This document shows positions 17,385 through 26,088 of a stretch of 64,000 nucleotides of DNA, in pieces (within the stretch, counting starts at the first letter, position 1; each line of letters opens with the position of its first letter). Origin of the DNA: Candidatus Komeilibacteria bacterium (GTDB taxonomy: Bacteria; Patescibacteriota; Patescibacteriia; UBA1558; GWA2-36-10). Under the pieces are notes generated by a model. The model saw only the letters and a list, made by a program, of their open reading frames with translations. It ran no database searches and was not told where the DNA came from. The stretch lies in the NCBI GenBank assembly GCA_018656065.1, contig JABHZY010000024.1, forward strand, positions 160,970 through 224,969, in the 5' to 3' direction. A program made the position numbers and the translations under genes.

Positions 17385-17916
17385 CCAAAAGTTTAATTAA
17401 ATTTTCATCACTGTTCAATTTTTCATAATCTGATAATTCATCTACTGAATTAATGCCCATATATTTTAGAAAATCCATAGTTACTGAATAATTTATACTC
17501 AAGCTCTCTTTATCTGTGCTTTCTTCAATCAAGCCTCTGATAAGTAAATTACGTATAATCATAGAGCAATTAACGCCCCTAATCTGCTCCAGCTCCTCTT
17601 TACTGACTGGCTGACGATAGGCAATAATAGTTAAAGTCTCAAGTGATGGTTTGCTAAGATCCCCACTAAGTTCATCGTTAAAATAATCTTTTAAGACCTT
17701 AATATTGTCTGGATGAGACACAAATTGGACTTTTTTATTGTTATCTAAAACATGAATACCGCTGTCTTCTTGATTATATTTCTCTTTTAGTTTAGACAAT
17801 AATTTTTTAAGATCATCATCTTTACATTCCAAAAGCTTATTAATTTCTTTATAGGCCAATGGCTTACCAATTGCCAAAAGTAATGATTCTAAAATGGATA
17901 AACTATTTTTTTTCAT
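17356..17916 (-). CDS. scpB: segregation and condensation protein B
   Basis: 186 aa with LESLLLAIGKPL and ETLTIIAYRQPVSKEELEQIRGV. It sits next to scpA. Confidence 0.8.
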   Translation of the reverse strand: MKKNSLSILESLLLAIGKPLAYKEINKLLECKDDDLKKLLSKLKEKYNQEDSGIHVLDNNKKVQFVSHPDNIKVLKDYFNDELSGDLSKPSLETLTIIAYRQPVSKEELEQIRGVNCSMIIRNLLIRGLIEESTDKESLSINYSVTMDFLKYMGINSVDELSDYEKLNSDENLIKLLDGSENEAEQ

Positions 17917-17965
17917 TTAACTCTTTATTATATATTTATAATTAAATCCTGAGCTTGCTGAAGGA

Positions 17966-18670
17966 TTATTTTTGATTTCTTAATATATTTAAATCACTAA
18001 ATAAATCTTCTTGTTCTACGAATATTTCTTTTTGTTTCATAAGTTCAAGCATAGCTAAAAAATTAACCACTGTCTCAGTCTTATCTTTCTTTTTAAACAT
18101 TTTATTAAAGCTTATTTTAGTATGTGTTTTTATAACTTCTTGCAAATCTTTTATTTTCTCACTAATAGAAACTGCCTTAGCTATAATTACTTTCGGTAAA
18201 TTAACTATTCTGGCTATTTTAGAAATTACTAAGGCAAAAATACTACTCATTCCATCCTTATCAGCATTAGTAGGAGGTGCAAATCCCTTTTCAGTAGGTA
18301 ATTTATAAGGATTGGCCCGAATATAAGAAAATTTATTGGGGTCAGAAAATTGTTTGTTTATCAACTTACTAGCTTCATAATATTGTCTATATATTTTAAG
18401 TTGATTTTCAAGAGAACCAGCATCTTCTTCATCTTCTATATTAAAGTCTGGTAATAAATACTTTGATTTCAAATATATAAGTTTAGAAGCTATTAACAAA
18501 AAATCAGCTACCTCGGTGGAAGCTATATTTTCTCCTTCTTCTATATATGATAGATATTGATCTGTTATCTTAGCTAGAGAAATCTCAGTGACTTGTAGCT
18601 TGTTTTTTTCTATCAATTTTAGTAAGAGATCCAGTGGACCTTCAAACTGTTCCAATTGAATTTTGTGCAT
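17966..18670 (-). CDS. scpA: segregation and condensation protein A
   Basis: 234 aa with an FEGPLDLLLKLIEKNKL N-terminus. Confidence 0.8.
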   Translation of the reverse strand: MHKIQLEQFEGPLDLLLKLIEKNKLQVTEISLAKITDQYLSYIEEGENIASTEVADFLLIASKLIYLKSKYLLPDFNIEDEEDAGSLENQLKIYRQYYEASKLINKQFSDPNKFSYIRANPYKLPTEKGFAPPTNADKDGMSSIFALVISKIARIVNLPKVIIAKAVSISEKIKDLQEVIKTHTKISFNKMFKKKDKTETVVNFLAMLELMKQKEIFVEQEDLFSDLNILRNQK

Positions 18671-18732
18671 TTATAGAATAAAAATAATAAAAAACGCGTC
18701 TTTATTATAACATTTCGATCTATTTTTTTCAA

Positions 18733-18946
18733 TAAAAAAACCCCGCGCTTTCATTGGCGACGGGGCTGCTACAAGCTACCAGGCATTTCTAGTCTCACCT
18801 CGACCATTGGTCCATATAGGTCCATATAGGAAGTGTACATTCAGAAAAGTCTTCTGAGCAGCTTGCCCGCAAAGGATTAATGGCAACTGGCGTTGCGATA
18901 CGTCTGAGACGTATACTTTTCCCTTGCTAAAAATAATACAAACGAA
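18733..18946 (-). ncRNA. unidentified promoter-to-terminator RNA unit 2 (~200 nt)
   Basis: The minus-strand promoter is TTGACA (18976-18981), 17 nt, TATAGT (18953-18958). The terminator hairpin ccccg...cgggg (18741-18765) is followed by a U-run. There is no SD-led ORF. Confidence 0.45.
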
Positions 18947-18995
18947 TAACACACTATAGCACAGACATGTATACTTGTCAATACCAAAATTAAAG

Positions 18996-19148
18996 TAAAA
19001 AAACAGAGAGGGCCCATGGGTAGCCCTCTCTAACCGCCAGAAACAAGCGCAACGAACCAGGTGGAACGCATTTGCTCTGACGGAAATCTCCATCAATATT
19101 GTCCTGTTGGACTTAGAAATGAGAATCGATATGGATGAACTCTTTTAC
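18996..19148 (-). ncRNA. unidentified promoter-to-terminator RNA unit 1 (~150 nt)
   Basis: The minus-strand promoter is TTGACC (19178-19183), 17 nt, TATACT (19155-19160). The terminator agagagggc/gccctctct (19005-19031) is followed by a U-run. There is no credible ORF. Confidence 0.45.
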
Positions 19149-19222
19149 TTTTTTAGTATACCCCAAATAAAAGCCAAGGTCAAAAAAACACCCCTGAAAA
19201 AAGAGGTGTTTTTATAAAATTA

Positions 19223-20638
19223 TTATTTTTTAATGCTCAAGCCTAATTCATCCAATTGTTCTTTGCCAACATCAGCTGGAGAATCTAGCATTGGATCTCT
19301 ACCATCTGAAGTCAAAGGAAAAGCAGTTACTTCTTTAAGATTTTTTTCTCCTAATATTACCATCAACAATCTATCTAAGCCTGGAGCTATACCGCCGTGA
19401 GGTGGCACACCATACTTAAAAGCTTCGTAATAGTGCTGAAACTGCTTCTTCTGTTCATCAGAAAATCCAATCAAATCCCAAACTTTTTCCTGAATCTTCA
19501 TATCATGAATACGAACAGCTCCACCACCGACTTCAAAACCATTAAGAGCTAGATCATGTTGATATGATCTAACTTTACCCGGATCACTATCTAGTAGTGG
19601 GATATCTTCTTCTTTGGGAGCGGTAAACATATTGTGACTTGGTCCCCAAGTATCTCCAGCACCCACAAACCTATCTTCATCAGTCTGCTCAGCAAATAAT
19701 GGAAAATTGACTATCCAAGCAAAGGCTAATTCATTTAGATCATTTTTGTCTTTTCTAAGATCTGGCTTATCATTACCATATTTTTTCATGGATTCGTCAT
19801 GGTCAATGCGTGGCCATGGTTTTTGAGTAATTTTTTTCTCTGGGAATAAAGTCTCTACCATTTCAGTGAACATACGTTCAGTTAAATCAAGAATCTCTTC
19901 TTGAGTCATAAAACTCATTTCCATATCTAATTGATAGAATTCACCTGGACTTCTATCTGCTCGAGCGTCCTCATCTCTAAAACAAGGCGCCACTTGAAAA
20001 TATCTATCCACACCAGCTACCATTAACAACTGCTTATATTGCTGCGGAGCTTGCGGTAAGGCAAAAAATTGCCCCTTATGAAGTCTAGAAGGCACTAGGT
20101 AATCTCTAGCTCCTTCTGGAGTAGATTTAGACAAAATCGGCGTTTGTATTTCTATGAAATCATTTTTGTGTAACCATTCTCTAAAAAAACTAATTACATT
20201 ATCACGAGCCACGATATTTCTGGTCATACGCTCATGACGAAGATCAAGATATCTATATTTAAGACGTAGTTCTTCATTAGCTTGACGTTCTTCATTATCT
20301 ATTTCAAATGGTGGAGTCTCAGACTCAGATAATACAATAATTTTCTTGGCTAGTATTTCTACAGTACCAGTAGCTAAATCTTTGTTGATTTGTTTAGCGC
20401 CACGATCTTGAACTACACCTTCAATTGCTAAAACAAATTCTGGACGAATATTTCCTAATATTTCTTGACTTGCTTCATCTAGTTCAGCTGGCACTGCTAC
20501 TACTTGTAGTATACCCCAACGGTCACGCAAGTCCAAAAAGGCAATCTTACCCATATTGCGACGGACATTAACCCAGCCTTTGACGAGTACTGTCTCGCTC
20601 GTTTTTCCGACTGTTTCTGTTGTTTTTATTCTATTCAT
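19223..20638 (-). CDS. aspS: aspartyl-tRNA synthetase, short form without the GAD insertion
   Basis: 471 aa with an OB fold (GWVNVRRNMGKIAFLDLRD), motif 2 (FRDEDARADRSPGEFYQLDMEMSF) and motif 3 (GIAPGLDRL). Confidence 0.85.
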   Translation of the reverse strand: MNRIKTTETVGKTSETVLVKGWVNVRRNMGKIAFLDLRDRWGILQVVAVPAELDEASQEILGNIRPEFVLAIEGVVQDRGAKQINKDLATGTVEILAKKIIVLSESETPPFEIDNEERQANEELRLKYRYLDLRHERMTRNIVARDNVISFFREWLHKNDFIEIQTPILSKSTPEGARDYLVPSRLHKGQFFALPQAPQQYKQLLMVAGVDRYFQVAPCFRDEDARADRSPGEFYQLDMEMSFMTQEEILDLTERMFTEMVETLFPEKKITQKPWPRIDHDESMKKYGNDKPDLRKDKNDLNELAFAWIVNFPLFAEQTDEDRFVGAGDTWGPSHNMFTAPKEEDIPLLDSDPGKVRSYQHDLALNGFEVGGGAVRIHDMKIQEKVWDLIGFSDEQKKQFQHYYEAFKYGVPPHGGIAPGLDRLLMVILGEKNLKEVTAFPLTSDGRDPMLDSPADVGKEQLDELGLSIKK

Positions 20639-20649
20639 ATTATAAAAAT

Positions 20650-20967
20650 TTAATCTATTGATTTTAAGATGTTATCAACTTCTTGATCGCTTACAAAAGT
20701 TTTGGTAATTACATTCTTTTCATCTTCTGAAAAATCTTTTACTAAAACAAAAGTTCCTTCTGTTTTATTATTGCCGATAGTATACTCTGTGACTACTACC
20801 CTAGCTAAAAAATTCCAATCATTATCTTTCAAATCCATAGGTACGTTGATCTGATATAATCTATGATTTTCTTTTTTGAAAGAATATTTTTTACCAAATT
20901 CTAAGACTTTTGGAATCTGATCATTATCTAATTTTAAACAAGCTTGTACTAAAAATGGATTACCCAT
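20650..20967 (-). CDS. hypothetical protein
   Basis: 105-aa ORF packed tightly between aspS and asnS. No family recognised. Confidence 0.45.
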   Translation of the reverse strand: MGNPFLVQACLKLDNDQIPKVLEFGKKYSFKKENHRLYQINVPMDLKDNDWNFLARVVVTEYTIGNNKTEGTFVLVKDFSEDEKNVITKTFVSDQEVDNILKSID

Positions 20968-20970
20968 ATT

Positions 20971-22260
20971 TTATGGTTTTAATCTATTTATTGTACGTGG
21001 AAATGGAATTGTCTCTCTGACATGTTGAATTCCACATACCCAAGCTACTATACGCTCCAGGCCAAAGCCAAAACCTCCGTGCGGTACTGATCCATATTTA
21101 CGAAGGTCTAAATACCATTGAAAATCTTCTTGGGAAAGTTTTTCTTCTTTGAGACGCTGGAGCAATGTATCGTGATCATCTTCACGCTGAGATCCACCAA
21201 TAATTTCTCCATATCCCTCTGGAGCAAGCAAATCACTGCATTCTGCTAGTTCATGATTGTTGACATTCCTCTCCATATAAAAAGATTTTATCTTAGCTGG
21301 ATAATGAGTAACAAATATTGGATTGTCAAATTTTTTAGTAAGCATAGTTTCATCGTCTGCTCCTAGATCTTCTCCGTCTTTGATGTCACTGCCCATATCT
21401 TGTAGCATCTTCACAGCCTCAGTATGTGTAATTTTATGAAATGGCTTTACGGTATTTTCTAGTGCTTTGATATCTCTTTCTAAAATTTCAAGTTCGGCTT
21501 TATTATTTTCTAAAACTGCGCTGACCATATGACGGATAAGTTCTTCCTGAACATTCATATTATCATCAAGATTTATAAAAGCCATTTCAGCATCCATCAT
21601 CCAAAATTCTGTCAGATGACGACGTGTTTTTGATTTTTCTGCTCTAAAGACTGGTCCAAAATCAAATACTTTGTTGTGAGCAAAAATCGCTGATTCAATA
21701 TATAGCTGACCACTTTGAGAAAGATAAGCCTTGTCATCAAAATAATCAATTTCAAAAAGCTCTGTAGTGCCTTCGCAAGCATTGGGAGTCAGTATTGGCG
21801 CGTCAATCTTCACAAAATCATTTTTAGCCATATAATCATAGTTGGCTTGAATAAGAGTATTGCGAATTTTCTGTATTGCAATCTGTTTAGCTGACCTAAG
21901 CCACAGGTGCCTATTATCCATTAAAAAATCAACACCATGCTCTTTTTTAGAAATAGGATACTCTTCGGCTATTTGATAATAATTAAAATCTATCACATGA
22001 AGCTCGTATTCATCTTTTTTGGGATGTTTGGCTACCTTGGCCATCACTTTAACCGAAGTCTCTTGCGTCACTTCTTGAGCTTTAGCCCATACACCTTCTG
22101 ACAAATCAGCTGAAGACAGTATAGCTTGGGCTATTCCACTACCATCCCTAAGCTGCCAAAAGGCAATTTTGCCAGATGAACGAAAATTAGCCACCCATCC
22201 ATTGATGACTACTTCTTTGTCTACGAAATCTTTTAAATCTTTAATAAAAATATTTTCCAT
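20971..22260 (-). CDS. asnS: asparaginyl-tRNA synthetase (class IIb)
   Basis: 429 aa with FRAEKSKTRRHLTEFWMMDAEMAF and GGFGFGLERIVAWV. An archaeal-type AspRS cannot be fully excluded by eye. Confidence 0.7.
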   Translation of the reverse strand: MENIFIKDLKDFVDKEVVINGWVANFRSSGKIAFWQLRDGSGIAQAILSSADLSEGVWAKAQEVTQETSVKVMAKVAKHPKKDEYELHVIDFNYYQIAEEYPISKKEHGVDFLMDNRHLWLRSAKQIAIQKIRNTLIQANYDYMAKNDFVKIDAPILTPNACEGTTELFEIDYFDDKAYLSQSGQLYIESAIFAHNKVFDFGPVFRAEKSKTRRHLTEFWMMDAEMAFINLDDNMNVQEELIRHMVSAVLENNKAELEILERDIKALENTVKPFHKITHTEAVKMLQDMGSDIKDGEDLGADDETMLTKKFDNPIFVTHYPAKIKSFYMERNVNNHELAECSDLLAPEGYGEIIGGSQREDDHDTLLQRLKEEKLSQEDFQWYLDLRKYGSVPHGGFGFGLERIVAWVCGIQHVRETIPFPRTINRLKP

Positions 22261-22398
22261 AATTGTATATTAACTAGCTTAAATATTACCTAAAATATCA
22301 ATATCTGACAAGTTTAATAAATTGACAAACAAGTGGTTATATTCTACAAATAATATAGTTCCCTCTCAAATACTCTAACTCCAACTTGGAGGTTTCCA

Positions 22399-22647
22399 AT
22401 GAAAAAGCCCGTTCCCCTACGAAAAACCATCAACTTGAAGTTGATTGGCAAGAAAGCTCAACTGATGAGGAACAAGTTTGATCCTCAAGGAAATCTTGTC
22501 TTTGCAAAAGGCCTCAAAGGTCTGATCACGATGGTATGCTTCTACACTATTGGAGACAAAGATATATTTAGAGTAAAAATGAAGCTTGACGACAAACCGC
22601 TTCATGAAATCACCTTTGATGGTTTCGATCTGGAACTCATCTATTGA
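22399..22647 (+). CDS. orphan 82-aa protein in a compositionally distinct cassette
   Basis: A GGAGG SD lies 8 nt upstream. The terminator is at 22649-22688. A weak promoter is TTGACA (22322-22327), 17 nt, TACAAA. Confidence 0.5.
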   Translation: MKKPVPLRKTINLKLIGKKAQLMRNKFDPQGNLVFAKGLKGLITMVCFYTIGDKDIFRVKMKLDDKPLHEITFDGFDLELIY

Positions 22648-22648
22648 A

Positions 22649-22688
22649 AAACGGCCTTGTCCAAGGAAGAATAGGCCGTTTTAAATTT
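22649..22688 (+). terminator. intrinsic terminator of the 82-aa ORF
   Basis: An aacggcct ... aggccgtt hairpin followed by tt-aaattt. Confidence 0.5.
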
Positions 22689-22698
22689 ATATAATTTT

Positions 22699-23211
22699 CT
22701 AAATTTTTTTTATACCCTTAAGGAATGCGTAAGCTAATAATCCACCTATTAAAGCAGTAGCTAGTTGTGGCCAGCTCATCATAGCTGACACTTTAGTAGC
22801 GAGCTCCTGTTTTAGAAGTAAATTAATTACCACAAAACTTGTAGACCAAAGGAAAATAAATTTTAATAAACTACCAACTACTATGCCTAACCAAAAATTC
22901 TTATCTCTTAAAAGATGAAAGCCTAATATTAAAATCACATTGGAAATAATAATAAAAGGAATCATTGGCGCTAATACAGCTGGTAATAAACCAACTCCTA
23001 AAGCAATAGTACTAGGAAGTAATGCTAATATAATCGCATTTTGACTACCTAATAATACTACAGCTATTAAAAACATGGCATTGACTATCGGACCAGTTAC
23101 CCATTGTTGATGAAATAAAGGTGCGATCGTAGCTATGCTGAGTAAAGACACAAATTGAACAGTAGCCGCTGTCTTTGCTCTATCCCAAGTTAAAGTTTGT
23201 GTTAAAGCCAT
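22699..23211 (-). CDS. polytopic membrane protein (ECF S-component-like?)
   Basis: 170 aa with about 5 TM helices. The QQWVTGPIVNAMFLIAVVLLG motif is reminiscent of ECF substrate-capture subunits. This is a weak call. Confidence 0.35.
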   Translation of the reverse strand: MALTQTLTWDRAKTAATVQFVSLLSIATIAPLFHQQWVTGPIVNAMFLIAVVLLGSQNAIILALLPSTIALGVGLLPAVLAPMIPFIIISNVILILGFHLLRDKNFWLGIVVGSLLKFIFLWSTSFVVINLLLKQELATKVSAMMSWPQLATALIGGLLAYAFLKGIKKI

Positions 23212-23226
23212 ATATTTATATATTAA

Positions 23227-24951
23227 TTACTTAGATGGAAAAACTTCTTTTTTCTTTTTACGATAACTAGTGTGACAAACACTATGTCTATTTTTGTCAT
23301 CGTTAAAGAAGTCTTTGTACATTTTTTTAATGATTGGATTTTCATCTGCGCTACGAGCAACTTTTTTAGTATCTAAATTGTATAGTGCTGCTGAACGTTT
23401 TTTCCTAATCTCATCATTAACTGGTACTGGTTGTCCTCCACCGCCAATACATCCACCAAAACAAGCCATTACTTCTACATAATCATAAGCTTGAGGATCT
23501 TTCTCTAATTCTTCTAAAAGTTTTTTAGCATTAGCAATACCATTTACCACTCCTACCTTAAGAGTTTTATCAGCTATTTTAATCTCCGCTTTTTTAAAGC
23601 CATGAATACCTCGTACTTCTTTTAAATTTAATTTAGGCATTCGCTTATTTGTCATCTTTTTATAAGCTGCTCTCAAAGCTGATTCCATTACCCCGCCCGA
23701 AGACCCATAAATTACACCAGCTCCACTAGGCTTGAGTAATGGTGATTTGGCACTATCTGGCTTGATGGTAGCTAAATCAATTTTCTTTTTGCGTAGTAAA
23801 TGGGCTAATTCTCTAGTAGTTAAAATTTGATCTACTGATTTAAATTTACCTACGTTATTTTGTGATCTTTCTATTTCATATTTTTTGGCTACACAAGGCA
23901 TTATTCCTACTACTATTATATCTTTAGGATTGATATTCATTTTCTGAGCCCAATAGGTCTTGATAAGGCCCCCCATAATAACTTGTGGAGATTTTACAGT
24001 TGTTAAACTTGGTATCAAATCTGGACGATAAAATTCTACATATTTTACCCAAGCTGGGCAACAAGAAGTGAACATTGGTAATGGCCTATCATCTTCAAAT
24101 CTTTCAATTAATTCTGTAGCCTCTTCCATAGTAGTCATATCAGCTCCTACACAAACGTCAAAAACATGTTCAATCCCCAAGGCCTTAATAGCAGCAATAA
24201 GCTTGCCAGTCACTACTGATCCAACTGGCATGCCAAATTCCTCGCCAATTGAACTACGAATAGATGGTGCAAATTGAAATACAACTGTCTTACCTTTGGC
24301 GTCTATATATTTATCTACATCTTCAAATTCTCCCACACCTTCAAAAGCTCCCACCGGACAATGAGTCAGACATTGCCCACAATAAATACAATCTTTATCT
24401 TTTTTAGAAGAAGGGCAAACTTCATAAAATTTACCTTTTTTCTTATATTCTAAAAAATCTACTCCTTCTTTTTTACAAACATCTACACAAAGTCCACAAT
24501 CAATACATTTAGATGTATCAAATTCTAATGCTGGGCCAAATTTATGAACCGGATAAGCTTTTTTACGATCTTCGTATTTTGTAATTTTTACATCATATTT
24601 TTTAGCAAAATCTAGAATAGTACAATCTTGACTATAAATACAATCTCCACATTCTTCACAATGTTCAGAGAATATAAGCTCTAAATTAGTTTGTTTAGCT
24701 CTAGAAATATTTTTAGATTCTGTAGAAATCCTCATGCCATTTTCAGCCTGAGTATTACAAGAGGTAAATAAGCCTTTCCTGCCTTTTATTTCTACTAAAC
24801 ATAATCTACAAGAACCTTGAACTTTTATATCTGGATGATGACATAAAGTAGTAATATAGATATTATTTTTCTTAGCCACATCCAAAACACTCTGTCCTAT
24901 TTCAGCACTATATTTTTTATTATTTATAAAAATTGAAATATTTTTAGGCAT
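23227..24951 (-). CDS. hydA: [FeFe]-hydrogenase catalytic subunit with N-terminal 2Fe-2S/4Fe-4S domains
   Basis: 574 aa. H-cluster motifs are FTSCCPAWV, MPCVAKKYE and EVMACFGGCIGGGGQP. Ferredoxin-type Cys clusters are present. Confidence 0.85.
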   Translation of the reverse strand: MPKNISIFINNKKYSAEIGQSVLDVAKKNNIYITTLCHHPDIKVQGSCRLCLVEIKGRKGLFTSCNTQAENGMRISTESKNISRAKQTNLELIFSEHCEECGDCIYSQDCTILDFAKKYDVKITKYEDRKKAYPVHKFGPALEFDTSKCIDCGLCVDVCKKEGVDFLEYKKKGKFYEVCPSSKKDKDCIYCGQCLTHCPVGAFEGVGEFEDVDKYIDAKGKTVVFQFAPSIRSSIGEEFGMPVGSVVTGKLIAAIKALGIEHVFDVCVGADMTTMEEATELIERFEDDRPLPMFTSCCPAWVKYVEFYRPDLIPSLTTVKSPQVIMGGLIKTYWAQKMNINPKDIIVVGIMPCVAKKYEIERSQNNVGKFKSVDQILTTRELAHLLRKKKIDLATIKPDSAKSPLLKPSGAGVIYGSSGGVMESALRAAYKKMTNKRMPKLNLKEVRGIHGFKKAEIKIADKTLKVGVVNGIANAKKLLEELEKDPQAYDYVEVMACFGGCIGGGGQPVPVNDEIRKKRSAALYNLDTKKVARSADENPIIKKMYKDFFNDDKNRHSVCHTSYRKKKKEVFPSK

Positions 24952-24953
24952 AA

Positions 24954-25949
24954 TTAATTTCTAGTATGTGGTAATATTTTTTTAATGAGAGATCTAAATG
25001 GTAAAGGAATTGATCTTCCTAAGGCACAATAACTGGTATTTTCTAAAACGAAAAATAAATCATCCAAACGCTTTTCGTCAAATTGCCTATCTTTTATCAT
25101 TTCTAATATTCTATAACTACCTTCTCGACAAGGAGTACATTTATCACAATTTTCCTGCATAAAAAAATCGATCCAAGTACGCATCAATACCCAAGCATCG
25201 GTCTGATCCCTATCATAAATAACAATAGCACCTGATCCAGATACTTTTTGCGTAGTTTCAGAAGCTAATAATATATCGCCGCTAGCTCCACCACCTACTT
25301 GCACAAAATATTTAAATTCAGGCTTATTCTTTGTTTTAGTTAAAATCTTTTTAATAGCCCAGTCTACTGGTAATTCAAACACTCCTTTATATGACGCCTT
25401 GCCTGTAATACTATATAGTCTAGTTTTTTTATATTTACCTTGAGCAATTTTGGCTATCTGATAAAAAGTTTCTATATTATTAATCAAAGTTGGCAATCCA
25501 TTTATACCTGCTTGTCCAGGAAAAGGTGGTTTAGTTCTAGGACGAGCTGGTAAGTTTTTTTCAATCTCTTCGCAAAGCACAGTCTCTTCTCCTGATAAAT
25601 AGCCGCCATGCTCTCTAAAAACAGTAATTGGTAAATCACCAATTAATTTTTCTAGTTTCTTTTTATATTTTTTGAAATAATCTCTTCTTAAAAAAATAAA
25701 AGCCTCAGACCCTTTAAAGGTATCTAAAGCGATTTTTAATCCCTCAATCAATACTTCTGGATGGTTTTTTAATATATAACCATCTTTTAATACATTTGGC
25801 TCCCCTTCACTACCATTAGCTACTATATACTTCTTTTTTGAATTAGCGTCGGCAAACATTTGCCATTTTGCGTGTGTCGGAAAATTAGCACCCCCTCTGC
25901 CACGTAAATTAGATATTTTTAATTTAGCTATTATATTTTTATTTTTCAT
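24954..25949 (-). CDS. NuoF/HndC-like NADH-binding flavoprotein subunit
   Basis: Motifs are GRGGANFPTHAKW, GSEGEPNVLKDG, GGYLSGEETVL and CDKCTPCREG. The internal ATG at 25949 is the likely start; the track ORF extends to 26018 through AT-rich upstream sequence. Confidence 0.75.
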   Translation of the reverse strand: MKNKNIIAKLKISNLRGRGGANFPTHAKWQMFADANSKKKYIVANGSEGEPNVLKDGYILKNHPEVLIEGLKIALDTFKGSEAFIFLRRDYFKKYKKKLEKLIGDLPITVFREHGGYLSGEETVLCEEIEKNLPARPRTKPPFPGQAGINGLPTLINNIETFYQIAKIAQGKYKKTRLYSITGKASYKGVFELPVDWAIKKILTKTKNKPEFKYFVQVGGGASGDILLASETTQKVSGSGAIVIYDRDQTDAWVLMRTWIDFFMQENCDKCTPCREGSYRILEMIKDRQFDEKRLDDLFFVLENTSYCALGRSIPLPFRSLIKKILPHTRN

Positions 25950-26088
25950 CGCAACTATATTATACAATATTTTAATAAAAACCGCCACAAAATAAAAAGG
26001 GTAGAAATTTCTTCCCACCCTCCTACTTTTTTATAAAAAACCCCACCTATAACTTAACAATATGAGAGTTTTGTTATTTATTAAACAA

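Noticed and set aside
18776-19096. A 106-aa minus-strand ORF in the scpA-aspS spacer.
   Set aside because: It reads straight through an intrinsic terminator (19005-19031) and an internal consensus promoter (18953-18981). The peptide is Cys- and Phe-rich and low-complexity. I treat the region as two non-coding units.
18733-19183. Assigning the two RNA units to SRP RNA, tmRNA, RNase P RNA or a T-box leader.
   Set aside because: I found no GGAA-capped helix-8 motif (only a partial GUAGCAGCC), no tRNA-like end or tag ORF, and no GAGGAAAGUCC P4 motif. The UGGUA match to the T-box core does not extend, and the downstream gene is scpA, not an aaRS. The identity is left open.
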